DNA of 64,000 bases from Candidatus Oxydemutator sp. (lineage in GTDB: Bacteria; Pseudomonadota; Gammaproteobacteria; Poriferisulfidales; Oxydemutatoraceae), in contig OZ241883.1 of assembly GCA_965203445.1 (NCBI GenBank), positions 704,001 through 768,000 on the forward strand, read 5' to 3'. The notes beneath the pieces were generated by a model. It was given only the letters and a program-made list of their open reading frames with translations. It was not told the origin of the DNA and searched no databases. The position numbers were made by a program, and so were the translations under genes. Shown piece by piece: positions 29,496 to 40,511 of this stretch (its first letter is position 1; each line of letters opens with the position of its first letter).

Positions 29496-30931
29496 GCGGT
29501 GCCCCCGACCGTCAACTCGTCCACGCGCATCGTCGGCTGGCCGACGCCGACCGGCACCATCTGCCCGTGTTTGCCGCAGGTACCGATACCGTCGTCGAGC
29601 TTGAGGTCGTTGCCGACCATGGCGACGCGCGTCAACACGTCGGGGCCGTTGCCGATCAGCGACACGTTCTTTACCGGCGCGGTGACCTTGCCGTTCTCGA
29701 TGCGGTACGCCTCGCTGGTCGAAAACACGAACTTGCCGGAGGTGATGTCCACCTGACCGCCGCCGAAGTTGACCGCGTAAATGCCATTGTCCACCGAGCG
29801 GATAATTTCCTCCGGGTCGTAGCCCCCGGCCAACATGTAGGTATTGGTCATGCGCGGCATCGGCAGATGCGCGTACGACTGGCGGCGCCCGTTGCCGGTG
29901 CGCGCCATGCCGAGCAGACGCGCGTTGAGCTTGTCCTGCATGTAGCCCTTGAGCACGCCGTTCTCGATCAGCGTCGTGTACTGCGTCGGTGCGCCCTCGT
30001 CGTCCACGCTGAGCGAACCGCGGCGGTTCGCCAGCGTGCCGTCGTCGACGACGGTTACTCCGTCGCTGGCGACGCGCTCGCCGATACGGTTGCTGAAGGC
30101 CGACGTGCCCTTGCGGCAGAAATCACCTTCGAGGCCGTGGCCGATGGCCTCGTGCAGCAGCACGCCGGGCCAGCCGGGGCCCAGCACGACCGTCATCTCG
30201 CCGGCGGGCGCGGGCACCGCCTCGAGGTTGAGCAGCGCCAGGCGCACGGCCTCGGCGCTCAGGGCCAGGGGGTCGTGGCGTTCGAGCAGCGCGCGATAAT
30301 CGTAGCGTCCGCCGGCACCCGCCGCGCCGCGTTCCTTCAGCGCGCCGTCTTCGGCGACGACGGCGACGTTGAGGCGCACCAGCGGGCGCACGTCGGCGGC
30401 CAGAGTGCCGTCGGCGGCGGCCACCAATACCACTTCGTGCACCCCCACAAGCGACACCATGACCTGTTTTACGCGCGCGTCGGCGCGCCGCGCGGCCGCG
30501 TCCATCGAACGCAGCAACGCGGTCTTTTCCGAGGCTTCCATCAACGCCGCCGGGTCGTTCGCCGGGTAGAGATCGCGCCCGTCGGTCGCGCGCCACGCCC
30601 GCATACGCCCATGTGCGCCGGCGCGCACGATGCCGCGCGCGGCCTTGCCGGCGTCGGTCAACGCCGGCAGCATAATCTCGTCGGAATAGGCGAAGCCGGT
30701 CTTCTCGCCCGCCACCGCGCGCACGCCGACGCCGCGCTCGACGCCGCAACCGGCCTCCTTGACGATGCCGTCCTCGAGCGACCACGACTCGCCGCGGCTG
30801 TGCTGAAAATACAACTCGGCATCGTCCACGCCGGGCGCCATCAGCGACGCCAGCACGTCGCCGATATGGTTTTCGTCCAGCCCCGAGGATTCGAGCAGGT
30901 TTTGTCTTGCGAGATCGAGCGCTTGGGTCAT
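29492..30931 (-). CDS. tldD: Metalloprotease TldD
   Basis: [59 protein letters not shown]. Confidence 0.96.
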   Translation of the reverse strand: MTQALDLARQNLLESSGLDENHIGDVLASLMAPGVDDAELYFQHSRGESWSLEDGIVKEAGCGVERGVGVRAVAGEKTGFAYSDEIMLPALTDAGKAARGIVRAGAHGRMRAWRATDGRDLYPANDPAALMEASEKTALLRSMDAAARRADARVKQVMVSLVGVHEVVLVAAADGTLAADVRPLVRLNVAVVAEDGALKERGAAGAGGRYDYRALLERHDPLALSAEAVRLALLNLEAVPAPAGEMTVVLGPGWPGVLLHEAIGHGLEGDFCRKGTSAFSNRIGERVASDGVTVVDDGTLANRRGSLSVDDEGAPTQYTTLIENGVLKGYMQDKLNARLLGMARTGNGRRQSYAHLPMPRMTNTYMLAGGYDPEEIIRSVDNGIYAVNFGGGQVDITSGKFVFSTSEAYRIENGKVTAPVKNVSLIGNGPDVLTRVAMVGNDLKLDDGIGTCGKHGQMVPVGVGQPTMRVDELTVGGTA

Positions 30932-30937
30932 CGCGGA

Positions 30938-30943
30938 ATTATA
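30938..30943 (-). promoter_or_regulatory. -10 box (TATAAT) 6 nt upstream of tldD ATG
   Basis: Minus strand TATAAT-tccgcg-ATG. Confidence 0.6.
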
Positions 30944-31015
30944 TCGGGATTCCGGCGGTTCACGCCATTGGTGCGCGGCCCCTTTGCCGGGCGCGTCGCC
31001 GCGCAGCCCGCGTCG

Positions 31016-31444
31016 TCAGCGGGTGCGCGCGCAGATTTCTTCCGGCTGGAAGAAGAACGCGATTTCCCGGGCCGCGGTTTGCGGCGAGTCCGACCCGTGC
31101 ACCGCGTTTTCGTCTATGGTGGAGGCGAAGTCGGCGCGCAGCGTGCCGCGCGCGGCCTTGCGCGGGTCGGTATCGCCCATCAGTTCGCGGTTGCGGCGGA
31201 TCGCGTCCCGGCCTTCCAGCACCTGGACGACGACCGGCCCGGACGTCATGAACGCGACGAGGTCGTCGAAGAACGGACGCTCGCGGTGCACGTCGTAGAA
31301 TGCTTCGGCTTGGCGCCTCGTCAGGTGCAGCATCCTGGCGGCGACGATGCGCAGGCCGGCGGTCTCGAAACGCGCGTTGATCTCGCCGGTCACGTTTTTT
31401 GCGACCGCGTCGGGCTTGAGGATGGACAACGTGCGCTCGGTCAT
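31016..31444 (-). CDS. ndk: Nucleoside diphosphate kinase
   Basis: [36 protein letters not shown]; ATG at 31444 overlaps the iscX stop. Confidence 0.97.
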   Translation of the reverse strand: MTERTLSILKPDAVAKNVTGEINARFETAGLRIVAARMLHLTRRQAEAFYDVHRERPFFDDLVAFMTSGPVVVQVLEGRDAIRRNRELMGDTDPRKAARGTLRADFASTIDENAVHGSDSPQTAAREIAFFFQPEEICARTR

Positions 31445-31641
31445 TCCCTTTCCTCCAACCAAGCCATCTGTATGGCCTCCAGGATCCTCTCGCCGGATCG
31501 TTGCGGATCGTCGTCGAATTCGTCGAGCGCGCACACCCACGCGTGGAGGTCGGTAAAGCGCACGTAGCGAGGATCCACGTCCGGGTGGGCCTCGTCGAGC
31601 GCAAGCGCGATTTCCGCGCTGTCGGTCCATCGCAAAGCCAT
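31441..31641 (-). CDS. iscX: Fe-S assembly protein IscX
   Basis: [31 protein letters not shown]...[12 protein letters not shown]. Confidence 0.95.
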   Translation of the reverse strand: MALRWTDSAEIALALDEAHPDVDPRYVRFTDLHAWVCALDEFDDDPQRSGERILEAIQMAWLEERE

Positions 31642-31654
31642 CGTATTCCTCCCG

Positions 31655-31993
31655 TCAGCGGCCTTCGGAAACCAGGTTGATAGTATACTTCGGAATCTCG
31701 ACGACGAGATCGGCGTCGGCCACCTTCGCCTGGCAGCTCAGGCGCGAATCGGGGTCCAGGCCCCATGCCTTGTCGAGATAATCCTCCTCGTTCTCCGACG
31801 GTTCCGCGAGCGAATCAAAGCCCTCGCGCACGTAGACGTGACAGGTCGTGCACGCGCACGACTTCTCGCAGGCGTGTTCGATCTCGATGCCGTTTGCGAG
31901 CGCCGCGTCGCAGATGCTGGTGCCGGGGCTGACCTCGACGGTCTTCGGCCGCGGGCAGATCTCGGGGTGCGCCAGGAAAGTGATTCTGGTCAC
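31655..31993 (-). CDS. fdx: ISC 2Fe-2S ferredoxin
   Basis: [37 protein letters not shown]. Confidence 0.96.
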   Translation of the reverse strand: MTRITFLAHPEICPRPKTVEVSPGTSICDAALANGIEIEHACEKSCACTTCHVYVREGFDSLAEPSENEEDYLDKAWGLDPDSRLSCQAKVADADLVVEIPKYTINLVSEGR

Positions 31994-33855
31994 TCGAACT
32001 CCTCGGCCGCGCGCCCGCGCAGCGCCTTGCGGATCGCGCGGTTCATGCGCCGCGCCACGTAGGCTTCGCTGCGCGCCTCAAGACGCTCGACGGCGCCGCG
32101 GATGGCGTCGGCATCGCCGTCCTCGATCTCACGTTCCAGGCGCCGCTTCGCGTCGAGTATCGGCGCGCGTTCGGATTCGTCGAGCAACTCGTCGCCGTCT
32201 TCGGCAAGCGCCGCGCTCAAGGCCTCGACCACCCTGAGGCCCTCGACCCGTCGCTGCCTGAGTTTGCGCCGTCGCAGGTCGTCTTCGGCGTGGGCCGCGG
32301 AATCGAGGATCATGCGCTCGACCTCGGTCTCGGACAGACCGTAGGAGGGCTTGACCTCGACCTCGGTGGTCGCACCAGACTCCGGCTCCTCGGCCTCGAC
32401 CGCCAGCAGGCCGTCGGCGTCGACGCGGAACGTGACCCGCACCTTGACCGCGCCCGCCTTGCGCGGCGGCAGCCCCTTCAACTCGAAGCGCGCGAGCGAG
32501 CGGCAATCGTCGGCCAGTCCGCGCTCGCCCTGCACGACGTGCAGCGACAAGCCGGTCTGCCCGTCCTTGCAGGTCGTGAACTCCTGCGCCTTTGCGGTCG
32601 GTATCACGCTGTTGCGCGGGATGATCTTCTCGACCAGTCCGCCCATCATCTCGAGGCCGAGCGACAGCGGCACCACGTCGAGCAACAGCACGTCGGCGGC
32701 CGCGGCCGCGCGGTTGCCGGCGAGCACGTCGGCCTGGACGGCGGCGCCCAAAGCCACGACCTCGTCGGGATCAACGTCGGCCAGCGGTTCGCGCCCGAAA
32801 AACTCGCGCACGCGCGAGCGCACCAGCGGCACGCGCGTCGAACCGCCGACGAGAACGACGTTTTGCACCTGCTCCACGCGCACGCCGGCGTCGTGCAATA
32901 CGCGGCGGCACACGGTCATCGCGCGCTCGACCAGCGGCGCCGCCAGTTGCTCGAAGGACGCGCGCGAAAGGCGCGCGCGAAAGGCGCCGCCGTCCGGCGG
33001 CGACAACGCGCACTCGACCGAGGCGCGCTCGCTGAGCGCCTCTTTCGCGCGCCGCGCCTCGCGCATAAGATAACGCAACGAACGCGGCGTGCGCGCGAAC
33101 GACGCCGGCGCCCGCCGCGCCAAGTAGTCGGCCAGCGCGCGGTCGAAGTCGTCGCCGCCGAGAAAGCAGTCGCCGCCGGTCGCAAGCACGCGCAGCACGT
33201 CCTTATCCAACCGCAGAATCGAGACGTCAAAGGTGCCGCCGCCGAGATCAAAGACCGCGATCAGTTCGTCGTCGCCGCGGTCGAGACCGTAGGCGACCGC
33301 GGCCGCGGTCGGCTCGTTGATCAGGCGATAGACCTCGATGCCGGCGAGGCGCGCGGCGTCGCGCACGGCCTGGCGCCCGGCGTCGTCGAAATAGGCGGGC
33401 ACCGTGACCACGGCGCCGTCGAGCGGCTGCTCCAGCACGCGCTCGGCGCGACGCCTGAGCGCGCGCAGAATATCGGCGGCCACCTCGATCGCGCTTTTGA
33501 CGCCCGCGGCCGTTTGCAGTTTCGGCACCTTCGCATCATTGCGCTCGAAGCGATAGCCGAACCAGTCCGGCAGATCGGCCACGTCGGCGCCGCCGCGCCC
33601 CATCAGGCGTTTGATCGAGACTATCGTATCCGTCGGCCGCGACGAGGCGGCGGCGAGCGCCTCGTCGCCGACCAGCGGCGCGCCGGCGGCGCGGTAATGC
33701 ACCAGCGACGGCACCATGCCGAACAATACCGCGGGCACGCCGTCGCGCGGCGCGGCGACCAGCGAGTTGGTCGTGCCGAAGTCTATGCCGACCGCGCAGC
33801 GCGGCCGGCGCGCCGACGGCGCGCCGCCCGGCTCGGTAATCTGCACCAGGGCCAT
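31990..33855 (-). CDS. hscA: Fe-S chaperone HscA (Hsp70)
   Basis: [54 protein letters not shown]; isc operon position. Confidence 0.95.
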   Translation of the reverse strand: MALVQITEPGGAPSARRPRCAVGIDFGTTNSLVAAPRDGVPAVLFGMVPSLVHYRAAGAPLVGDEALAAASSRPTDTIVSIKRLMGRGGADVADLPDWFGYRFERNDAKVPKLQTAAGVKSAIEVAADILRALRRRAERVLEQPLDGAVVTVPAYFDDAGRQAVRDAARLAGIEVYRLINEPTAAAVAYGLDRGDDELIAVFDLGGGTFDVSILRLDKDVLRVLATGGDCFLGGDDFDRALADYLARRAPASFARTPRSLRYLMREARRAKEALSERASVECALSPPDGGAFRARLSRASFEQLAAPLVERAMTVCRRVLHDAGVRVEQVQNVVLVGGSTRVPLVRSRVREFFGREPLADVDPDEVVALGAAVQADVLAGNRAAAAADVLLLDVVPLSLGLEMMGGLVEKIIPRNSVIPTAKAQEFTTCKDGQTGLSLHVVQGERGLADDCRSLARFELKGLPPRKAGAVKVRVTFRVDADGLLAVEAEEPESGATTEVEVKPSYGLSETEVERMILDSAAHAEDDLRRRKLRQRRVEGLRVVEALSAALAEDGDELLDESERAPILDAKRRLEREIEDGDADAIRGAVERLEARSEAYVARRMNRAIRKALRGRAAEEFE

Positions 33856-33857
33856 GC

Positions 33858-34391
33858 TCAGCCTCCCGCCTCAAGGCGCCCGATCACGGCGTTGATCTCG
33901 CCGTCCAGCTTTGCGATGAATTTCATTTTCAGCAGCCACTCGCGCGCCGCCTCCACGTCGTCGTCGCGCCACGCGCGCTCGAAACCTTCGCGCGTCTCGG
34001 CGGCGCCCGTCGCCGCGTCCGCCGCCAAGCGCCGCGCGCCCGCGGCATCGGCGCGTTCGGCGGCGTCGTGCAGGCGTTCGCGCAATTCCATCTGTCCGGC
34101 GAGAAACGCGGCGTCCCGGGTGGTGTCGCGCTCCTCGTCCAACGCGACGCGGCGCAACCGCAGCAGATAAGCGGCGCGCGCGCAGTCGTCCATCAACGTG
34201 CCGTAGGCCTCGTTGACCAACGCCGAGTGGCGCAGCGCGACGCGCCGTTGCCCCTCGCCCGCGGCCGCGTGGCGGTCGGGGTGCAACAGCGCCTGCAACT
34301 TGCGGTATTTCTTCTCGAGCGCGGCCTTGTCCACCGGGAAGGCGGGCGCGAGATCGAACAACTCGAAGTAATCCGGTGCGTCTTGCGGCAC
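33858..34391 (-). CDS. hscB: Co-chaperone HscB
   Basis: DYFELFDL, LHPDRH J-domain, VNEAY..L, FLxxQMELRE. Confidence 0.93.
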   Translation of the reverse strand: MPQDAPDYFELFDLAPAFPVDKAALEKKYRKLQALLHPDRHAAAGEGQRRVALRHSALVNEAYGTLMDDCARAAYLLRLRRVALDEERDTTRDAAFLAGQMELRERLHDAAERADAAGARRLAADAATGAAETREGFERAWRDDDVEAAREWLLKMKFIAKLDGEINAVIGRLEAGG

Positions 34392-34443
34392 GTTTTCGGC
34401 ACCCGGCGCGGGAGCGGGACGCGAGACCGCGGAGGCGGGCGCG

Positions 34444-34767
34444 TCAGACGGAGAAGCTTTCGCCGCAACCGCAGCGGTCTTTCTCGTTGGGGTTGTTGAA
34501 GCGGAAACCTTCGTTCAGCCCTTCTTTGCCGAAGTCCAGCTCGGTGCCGTCGAGATAGACGAGGCTTGCGGCGTTCACCAGCACCTTGACGCCGCCGGCG
34601 TCAAACACGCTGTCGTCCACGCCGACCTCGTCGGCGTATTCGACGGTGTAGGCCAAGCCGGAGCAGCCCGTCGTCTTGACGCCGAGACGCACGCCGATAC
34701 CCTTGCCGCGCCGCGCAAGATAGCGTTTGACGCGGCCCGCGGCCACGGGCGTCATCGTGATCGGCAT
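34444..34767 (-). CDS. iscA: Fe-S cluster A-type carrier IscA
   Basis: ATG 34767 MPITMTP; [30 protein letters not shown]. Confidence 0.96.
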   Translation of the reverse strand: MPITMTPVAAGRVKRYLARRGKGIGVRLGVKTTGCSGLAYTVEYADEVGVDDSVFDAGGVKVLVNAASLVYLDGTELDFGKEGLNEGFRFNNPNEKDRCGCGESFSV

Positions 34768-34772
34768 CGGCT

Positions 34773-35162
34773 TCAGTCGCCCGCCGCCTGCTTGTCGTGG
34801 TAATCCTTGATCGCGGCCTTGATCGCGTCCTCGGCCAGCACCGAGCAGTGGATCTTGACCGGCGGCAGCGACAGCTCCTCGACGATCTCGACGTTCTTGA
34901 TCCTGCTCGCCTCGGCCAGCGTCTTGCCGCGCACCCACTCGGTCAGCAGGCTCGACGAGGCGATGGCCGAACCGCAGCCGTAGGTCTTGAACTTGGCGTC
35001 CTCGATGACGCCGTCGCCGTCGACCTTGATCTGCAACTTCATCACGTCGCCGCAGGCCGGCGCACCGACCATGCCGGTGCCGACGTTGGGATCGTCCTTG
35101 TCGAGCGATCCGACGTTGCGCGGATTCTCATAGTGATCCAGCACTTTTTTTCCGTATGACAT
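34773..35162 (-). CDS. iscU: Fe-S scaffold IscU
   Basis: [44 protein letters not shown]. Confidence 0.98.
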   Translation of the reverse strand: MSYGKKVLDHYENPRNVGSLDKDDPNVGTGMVGAPACGDVMKLQIKVDGDGVIEDAKFKTYGCGSAIASSSLLTEWVRGKTLAEASRIKNVEIVEELSLPPVKIHCSVLAEDAIKAAIKDYHDKQAAGD

Positions 35163-35196
35163 TGTTCAGTCCTCCATCGTTGTCGTAAGGGGCGCG

Positions 35197-36423
35197 TCAA
35201 TGCGCGACCCATTCCACTTTTTCCAGATCCACCCCGTCCTGGTACATCTCCCACAAAGGCGACAGTTCGCGCAGCCTTGTGACCGACTTGCACACCAGGT
35301 CGGTCGTGTAATCCACCTCGGCCGCGGTCGTATAGCGGCCGATGGAGAAGCGGATCGAACTGTGCGCCAGCTCATCGTTGCGCCCGAGCGCGCGCAACAC
35401 GTAGCTCGGCTCCAGCGAAGCCGAGGTGCAGGCCGAACCGCTCGAAACCGCGACGTTCTTGAGCGACATGATCAGCGACTCGCCCTCGACGAAGTTGAAA
35501 CTGACGTTGAGGTTGCCCGCGACGCGCCGCTCGAGGTCGCCGTTGCAATAGACCTCGTCCAGGCCCTTGAGGCCGTTCCACAGGCGCTCCCTGAGCGACA
35601 AAATGCGCTCGTTCTCGCTCGCCATCTCGGCCGCGGCCACGGCGAACGCCTTGCCCATGCCGACGATCTGGTGCGTCGCCAGCGTGCCCGAACGCATGCC
35701 GCGCTCATGCCCGCCGCCGTGCATCTGGGCCTCGACGCGCACGCGCGGCTTGCGCCGCACGTAGAGCGCGCCGATGCCCTTCGGCCCGTAGATCTTGTGC
35801 GCCGAGAAACTCATCAGGTCCACCGGCAGTTCGCGCAGGTTGATCGGCACCTTGCCGGCGCTTTGCGCCGCGTCCACGTGGAACACGACGCCTTGCTCGC
35901 GCGCGATCGCGCCGATGGCCGCGATGTCCTGGATCACGCCGATCTCGTTGTTGACGTGCATCACCGACAACACCGAGGTGTCGTCGCGCAGAGCCGCGGC
36001 CAGCGCGTCCAGGTCGAGCAGGCCGTCGTCGCGCGGCTCTATGTACGTGACCTCGAAGCCCTCCTTCTCGAGCTGGCGGCAGGTGTCGAGCACCGCCTTG
36101 TGCTCGGTCTTGACGGTGACGACGTGCTTGCCGCGCTTTTTGTAGAAATGCGCCGCACCCTTGATCGCCAGATTGTCCGATTCGGTGGCGCCGCTGGTCC
36201 AGACGATCTCGCGTGGATCGGCGCCGACCAGCGCCGCCACCCGCGCGCGCGCCTCGTCCACCTTCTTCTCGCTTTCCCAACCGAAGGCGTGGCTGCGCGA
36301 CGCCGGGTTGCCGAAGACGCCGTCTCGCTTCATGCAGCGCATCATCTCTTCGGTAACGCGCTCGTCCACCGGCGTGGTCGAGCTGTAATCAAGATAAATC
36401 GGCAGTTGCACTTTGCTGCTCAT
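35197..36423 (-). CDS. iscS: Cysteine desulfurase IscS
   Basis: [49 protein letters not shown]. Confidence 0.98.
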   Translation of the reverse strand: MSSKVQLPIYLDYSSTTPVDERVTEEMMRCMKRDGVFGNPASRSHAFGWESEKKVDEARARVAALVGADPREIVWTSGATESDNLAIKGAAHFYKKRGKHVVTVKTEHKAVLDTCRQLEKEGFEVTYIEPRDDGLLDLDALAAALRDDTSVLSVMHVNNEIGVIQDIAAIGAIAREQGVVFHVDAAQSAGKVPINLRELPVDLMSFSAHKIYGPKGIGALYVRRKPRVRVEAQMHGGGHERGMRSGTLATHQIVGMGKAFAVAAAEMASENERILSLRERLWNGLKGLDEVYCNGDLERRVAGNLNVSFNFVEGESLIMSLKNVAVSSGSACTSASLEPSYVLRALGRNDELAHSSIRFSIGRYTTAAEVDYTTDLVCKSVTRLRELSPLWEMYQDGVDLEKVEWVAH

Positions 36424-36968
36424 GGTTCCTCCCGCGCGCTGGTATGCACGGCGGGCGCGCGCCTCGTCACCGTCGCCACCGCGCCGCGACCCGGCGCGCT
36501 CTTGACGTCCCTGCCGCTCCTGGCCCGCGCGTCCTGGCGCTCGGCGACCGCGAGCACCTGCTCGTCGGACACAACGTCCAGCAGGCGCACGTCAGACAAC
36601 ACGTCCTGGATGCGGCGGCTCAGGTCGCTCCACAACACGTGCGTCAGGCACTTGTGGTTGTCCTGGCAGTTGACCCGCCCCCGACAACGGGTGTTGTCCA
36701 CTTTCTCGTCCACGGCCTCGATCATGTCGGCGATGGAAATATCGCGCGCGCTGCGCGCCAAGCGGTAGCCGCCGCCCGGGCCGCGACTGCTCTCGACCAG
36801 CCCGTAACGACGCAGACCGACAAACAACCGCCCAAGATAGGCGACTGGTATGCTCTGCCGTTCGGCAATGTCGCCGAGCGCCACCGGACGCCCGCCGTTT
36901 TCATGCTCGTGCAGCGCCAAGTCGGTCATCGCCGTGACCGCGTAGCGTCCTTTGGTCGTCATGCGCAT
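36420..36968 (-). CDS. iscR: Fe-S cluster regulator IscR (Rrf2)
   Basis: [22 protein letters not shown]-x5-C-x5-C-LTH. Confidence 0.95.
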   Translation of the reverse strand: MRMTTKGRYAVTAMTDLALHEHENGGRPVALGDIAERQSIPVAYLGRLFVGLRRYGLVESSRGPGGGYRLARSARDISIADMIEAVDEKVDNTRCRGRVNCQDNHKCLTHVLWSDLSRRIQDVLSDVRLLDVVSDEQVLAVAERQDARARSGRDVKSAPGRGAVATVTRRAPAVHTSAREEP

Positions 36969-37003
36969 AATTTCTCTCCCGCGTCCACGCCATGCAACTT
37001 ATT

Positions 37004-37028
37004 ATACCTGACTATTTTAGTCAAGTAT
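37004..37028. promoter_or_regulatory. IscR type-1 operator
   Basis: ATACCTGACTATTTTAGTCAAGTAT fits the type-1 consensus ATASYYGACTRWWWYAGTCRRSTAT, upstream of iscR. Confidence 0.9.
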
Positions 37029-37159
37029 CAGGGGTGCCGAAGATCTCGAAGCAACACGGCACAACGGCGCGCCACGGAGCAGCGGCAAAATCAGTTATAA
37101 TCGCCGCGTCTATTGCTTGCTGAGCTTGCCGGCATGGACGCCGACGGAAAAAACAACCG

Positions 37160-38992
37160 ATGCCCCGATACCCCCTGCCCCATATCGGCGGTTGGCGAAC
37201 GGCCAACCTGCTTGGCGCCACGCTGCTGTTCGCAGGTGCGCCGGCGGGCGCGCAGGACTTGTCGCGCAACGGCATCTACGCCGGATTCGAGCTCGGGACG
37301 GTGATTCCGGGAGAATGGGACACCGGCGGCATGGACAACGACGTCCGCACCGCATGCGACGATCATCTGTTCGGCGGCGCCCGGCTCAGGACCACGGGTT
37401 GCGGCAGCGGCGACTCGTGGACTAACGAAATCGAGTTCGACACCGGCGTCCTGGGCGGACTTCAGTTGGGATGGTTTCATGACCGCTTCCGGTTCGAGCT
37501 GGAGTACGCCTACTCGCACCTGGGCGGCGACCGCGGCGGCATCAATGAGGCGATTGCGGGCAAGGAAAACGAATTTCAATACATCAATGAAAAGTTTGAG
37601 AACGTCAGCAACCACGACCTGTTCCTGAACGCGTACGTGGACTTCCCGGCGCGCCCCGGAATAACGACGTACCTGGGCTTCGGCGTCGGCTGGCGCCAGA
37701 TGGAGCTGGACTACACCGGCACCTATCTGAGAAACACCTACGACTTCTTCGTGGATCCGGCGAACAACTCGAATCCCGCGAACATGCTGGATGACAGGCG
37801 CGAGGCGGCCGGCACGATCACGCGCATCGAGAAAGAACTGGACGACGACCTGTTCGGATACCAGTTCATCGTCGGCGCCGACTACGCGCTTGACGAACGC
37901 CTGACGTTGGGGGCGAAACTGCGTTATACCCGCTTCGAGGACTTCGACGGCGGCGGCCACGAATACGACTACCTGAGAAGCCACGAATCGAACACCTCGC
38001 CGGGGGCCGGGCAGCCGGGCCGCGACCCGGGCTATCCGGCGGAGCTTGACCGCACGGTGCAGAACAAAATCAAAATTGACGACGTCGACAACTGGGCCGT
38101 CAGCCTGAACCTGAAGTACGCGTTCGGCGGCGCCGCCCATTCGCGGGCGGCACCGCGCGCCGCGAGCGCGGGCGACGAGCGCAGCGGCGTGTACGTGGGC
38201 TTGGACCTCGGCATGGTGTTCCCCGAAGACTTCGACACCGAGGAGAGCGACAACGACGTCGCGACGCGGTGCGACACCTACTTCACGTTCACGAACGGCG
38301 ACCCACGCACCGACTGCGGCAGCGGCGACGACTGGAGCGTCGGTTTCGATCCCGACACCGGCATCCTCGGCGGCGTCCACGTAGGCTGGCTGCACGGCGA
38401 CTGGCGCACCGAGATCGAATACTTCTATCAGGCCGTCGGCGGCGAGAACAATCCGATCCCCATCGACAGATTGCCGGCCGACAAAGACCAGGAAATTCTT
38501 CTGGCCAACGAGAGCGTGGACAACGTCACCGGCCACAACCTGTTTGCGAACGTGTACTACGACTTCGTCAACGCCTCGCGGTTCACCCCGTACATCGGCG
38601 CCGGCGTAGGTTGGCAGAGGATGGAGTTCGACCACGACGTCGCCTTCGTCAGAAACACCCGGGCGGTGCTCGAGGTGACCGCGCCGAGCCGAAAAGAAGC
38701 CGCCGGCACGATCACGCGCGTCGAGCAAACGCTGGACGACGACATGTTCGGTTATCAACTGATCGCCGGCGCGGATTACGCGCTGAGCGAGCGCTTCGCG
38801 GTAGGCGCGAAGCTGCGCTACACGCGCTTCGACGAATTCGACGGCGGCAGCTACGCGTACGATGAGCTGAGAAGCCACCCCTCCAGAACCGGCCCGCCGT
38901 CGGGCCCCAACGCCCGCCCGGTGCGCGTGACCTTCGAGACCGACGAAATCGAAACCTGGGGCGCGAGCCTGAACGTAAAATACCTGTTTTAG
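37160..38992 (+). CDS. Outer membrane protein with two tandem opacity/OmpW-like beta-barrel domains
   Basis: Signal-like LLGATLLFAGAPAGA/QD. Two homologous halves (G[IV]Y.G..LG...P ... C...CGSGD.W ... FGYQ.I.GADYAL.ER...GAKLRYTRF..FDGG ... SLN.KY.F). Confidence 0.85.
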   Translation: MPRYPLPHIGGWRTANLLGATLLFAGAPAGAQDLSRNGIYAGFELGTVIPGEWDTGGMDNDVRTACDDHLFGGARLRTTGCGSGDSWTNEIEFDTGVLGGLQLGWFHDRFRFELEYAYSHLGGDRGGINEAIAGKENEFQYINEKFENVSNHDLFLNAYVDFPARPGITTYLGFGVGWRQMELDYTGTYLRNTYDFFVDPANNSNPANMLDDRREAAGTITRIEKELDDDLFGYQFIVGADYALDERLTLGAKLRYTRFEDFDGGGHEYDYLRSHESNTSPGAGQPGRDPGYPAELDRTVQNKIKIDDVDNWAVSLNLKYAFGGAAHSRAAPRAASAGDERSGVYVGLDLGMVFPEDFDTEESDNDVATRCDTYFTFTNGDPRTDCGSGDDWSVGFDPDTGILGGVHVGWLHGDWRTEIEYFYQAVGGENNPIPIDRLPADKDQEILLANESVDNVTGHNLFANVYYDFVNASRFTPYIGAGVGWQRMEFDHDVAFVRNTRAVLEVTAPSRKEAAGTITRVEQTLDDDMFGYQLIAGADYALSERFAVGAKLRYTRFDEFDGGSYAYDELRSHPSRTGPPSGPNARPVRVTFETDEIETWGASLNVKYLF

Positions 38993-39029
38993 GCCGCGCC
39001 GCGGCCATCGTCATCGCGGCGATCCAACG

Positions 39030-40043
39030 ATGACCAAAGCCGCCGTCGTCATCCCGGTCATGAACCGCGCCGCAATGATTTGCCGCGTGCTCGACTGCGT
39101 CGCCGCCCAGACCCTCGCGCCGCACCGCCTGATCGTGGTCGACGACGCCTCGGACGACGGCACGCCGGAACGGGTGCGCGGCTGGCGCGACGACAACAAA
39201 CCCGCTTTCGAGACGCGGCTGCTGGTGCACGCAACCAACCGCGGCGCGCCGGCGGCGCGCAACCACGGCCTGGCCGAGGCGCGCGACTGCGAATTCATCC
39301 ACTTTCTCGACTCCGACGACTTCCCGCCGCCGGACTTTCTCGAAAAAACCCGGGCCGCCCTCGAGGCGTCGCCGCACGCGGTCGCGGCGACGACCGACCG
39401 CCTGATGTGCTACGACCTGGCCACGCCGCAAGGCCCCAGGCGGGCGCGGGAATTCATAGACCAGCGCGCCCTCGCCGACGACCCGTGGCGGTGGTTTTTC
39501 GTCGAAGGCGCCGGCATCGCGTCGTGTACGCTGCTGCGCGCGCGCCGCGTGCGCGAACTCGGCGGCTTCAACGAGACGCTGCCGACCGGCCACGACAGCG
39601 AACTGTTCACGCGCCTGGCCGGCCTCGGCGCGTGGCTGCACGTAGCGGACTGCACCGTGACGTTCACCTCGGGCGACGCCGACCAGCGCCTCTACCGCGG
39701 CCACGACGATTACCTGCTCCAGTGGGCGCGCATCCGCGAGGACTGCCTCGAGCACTTCGGCGCGCGCGCGCACGTGCCGGAACGGCTGCGCCGCCGCGTG
39801 CTCGGGCGCTCGTGGTGCCTGGCCGGGATGCAGATGATCGCGCGCGAGCGCTTCGGCGACGCGCGCGACTGCCTCAAAAAATCGCTGGCGCGACACCCGT
39901 CGCCGCGCAACCACGCGTGGGCGCTGCTGACGCTGCTGCCCCTGCTGCGGCCGGCGATGCCGCTTTTGAGGGGCACCCGTCTGATGGAGAATTTTTCGGA
40001 TCATTTCAGCCACAAAAAAAGACAACTGTTGCGACGACCATGA
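39030..40043 (+). CDS. Glycosyltransferase family 2
   Basis: VVIPVMNR, IVVDDASDDGT, NRGAPAARNHG, FLDSDD, LGGFNE. Confidence 0.9.
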   Translation: MTKAAVVIPVMNRAAMICRVLDCVAAQTLAPHRLIVVDDASDDGTPERVRGWRDDNKPAFETRLLVHATNRGAPAARNHGLAEARDCEFIHFLDSDDFPPPDFLEKTRAALEASPHAVAATTDRLMCYDLATPQGPRRAREFIDQRALADDPWRWFFVEGAGIASCTLLRARRVRELGGFNETLPTGHDSELFTRLAGLGAWLHVADCTVTFTSGDADQRLYRGHDDYLLQWARIREDCLEHFGARAHVPERLRRRVLGRSWCLAGMQMIARERFGDARDCLKKSLARHPSPRNHAWALLTLLPLLRPAMPLLRGTRLMENFSDHFSHKKRQLLRRP

Positions 40044-40495
40044 AAAACAAACCACGTGCAATCCCGGCGCGCCGCGTGATACAACGCACGGTGAACCACC
40101 ACGTCGGCAACCAGATCAAACGCGTGCGACGGCACTACGGCAAACCGCTGGACGTCTTCGGCCACGTGCTGGGCGTCAGCGCGCAGCAGATCGCGCGCCT
40201 CGAGCACGGCAAAAACCGCATCAGCGCGGCGCAGCTCTACCTGATCGCGCGTTCGACGAACACGCCGATCCAATGGTTTTTCGCGGGCATGCAAAGACGC
40301 GAATTGCAGCGCCACGTCCCGGTCGTCGTCGCCACGGACAAGGTGAGCGAACCACGCGTCGCCTCCGATCTTTATCAGGAGAGCGTGCGCATGGAGGATC
40401 TGGCGTGGTCGTTCAGGAGCATCAAGTCCGCGGTCGTCAAAAACCTGTTCACGGAACTGGCGCACCAGATCGCCTGCGAGTACGACCGCGGCTGA
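40040..40495 (+). CDS. XRE-family HTH transcriptional regulator
   Basis: ATG overlaps the GT2 stop (ATGA). HVGNQIKRVR...LGVSAQQIARLEHGKNRISAAQLYLIA...PIQWFF. Confidence 0.85.
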   Translation: MKNKPRAIPARRVIQRTVNHHVGNQIKRVRRHYGKPLDVFGHVLGVSAQQIARLEHGKNRISAAQLYLIARSTNTPIQWFFAGMQRRELQRHVPVVVATDKVSEPRVASDLYQESVRMEDLAWSFRSIKSAVVKNLFTELAHQIACEYDRG

Positions 40496-40511
40496 GGCCG
40501 CCGACCCCGCG

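Noticed and set aside
29567-38878. Long opposite-strand ORFs (666, 626, 522, 595 aa)
   Set aside because: Antisense to tldD/ndk, hscA, iscS and the OMP, which carry clear family motifs.
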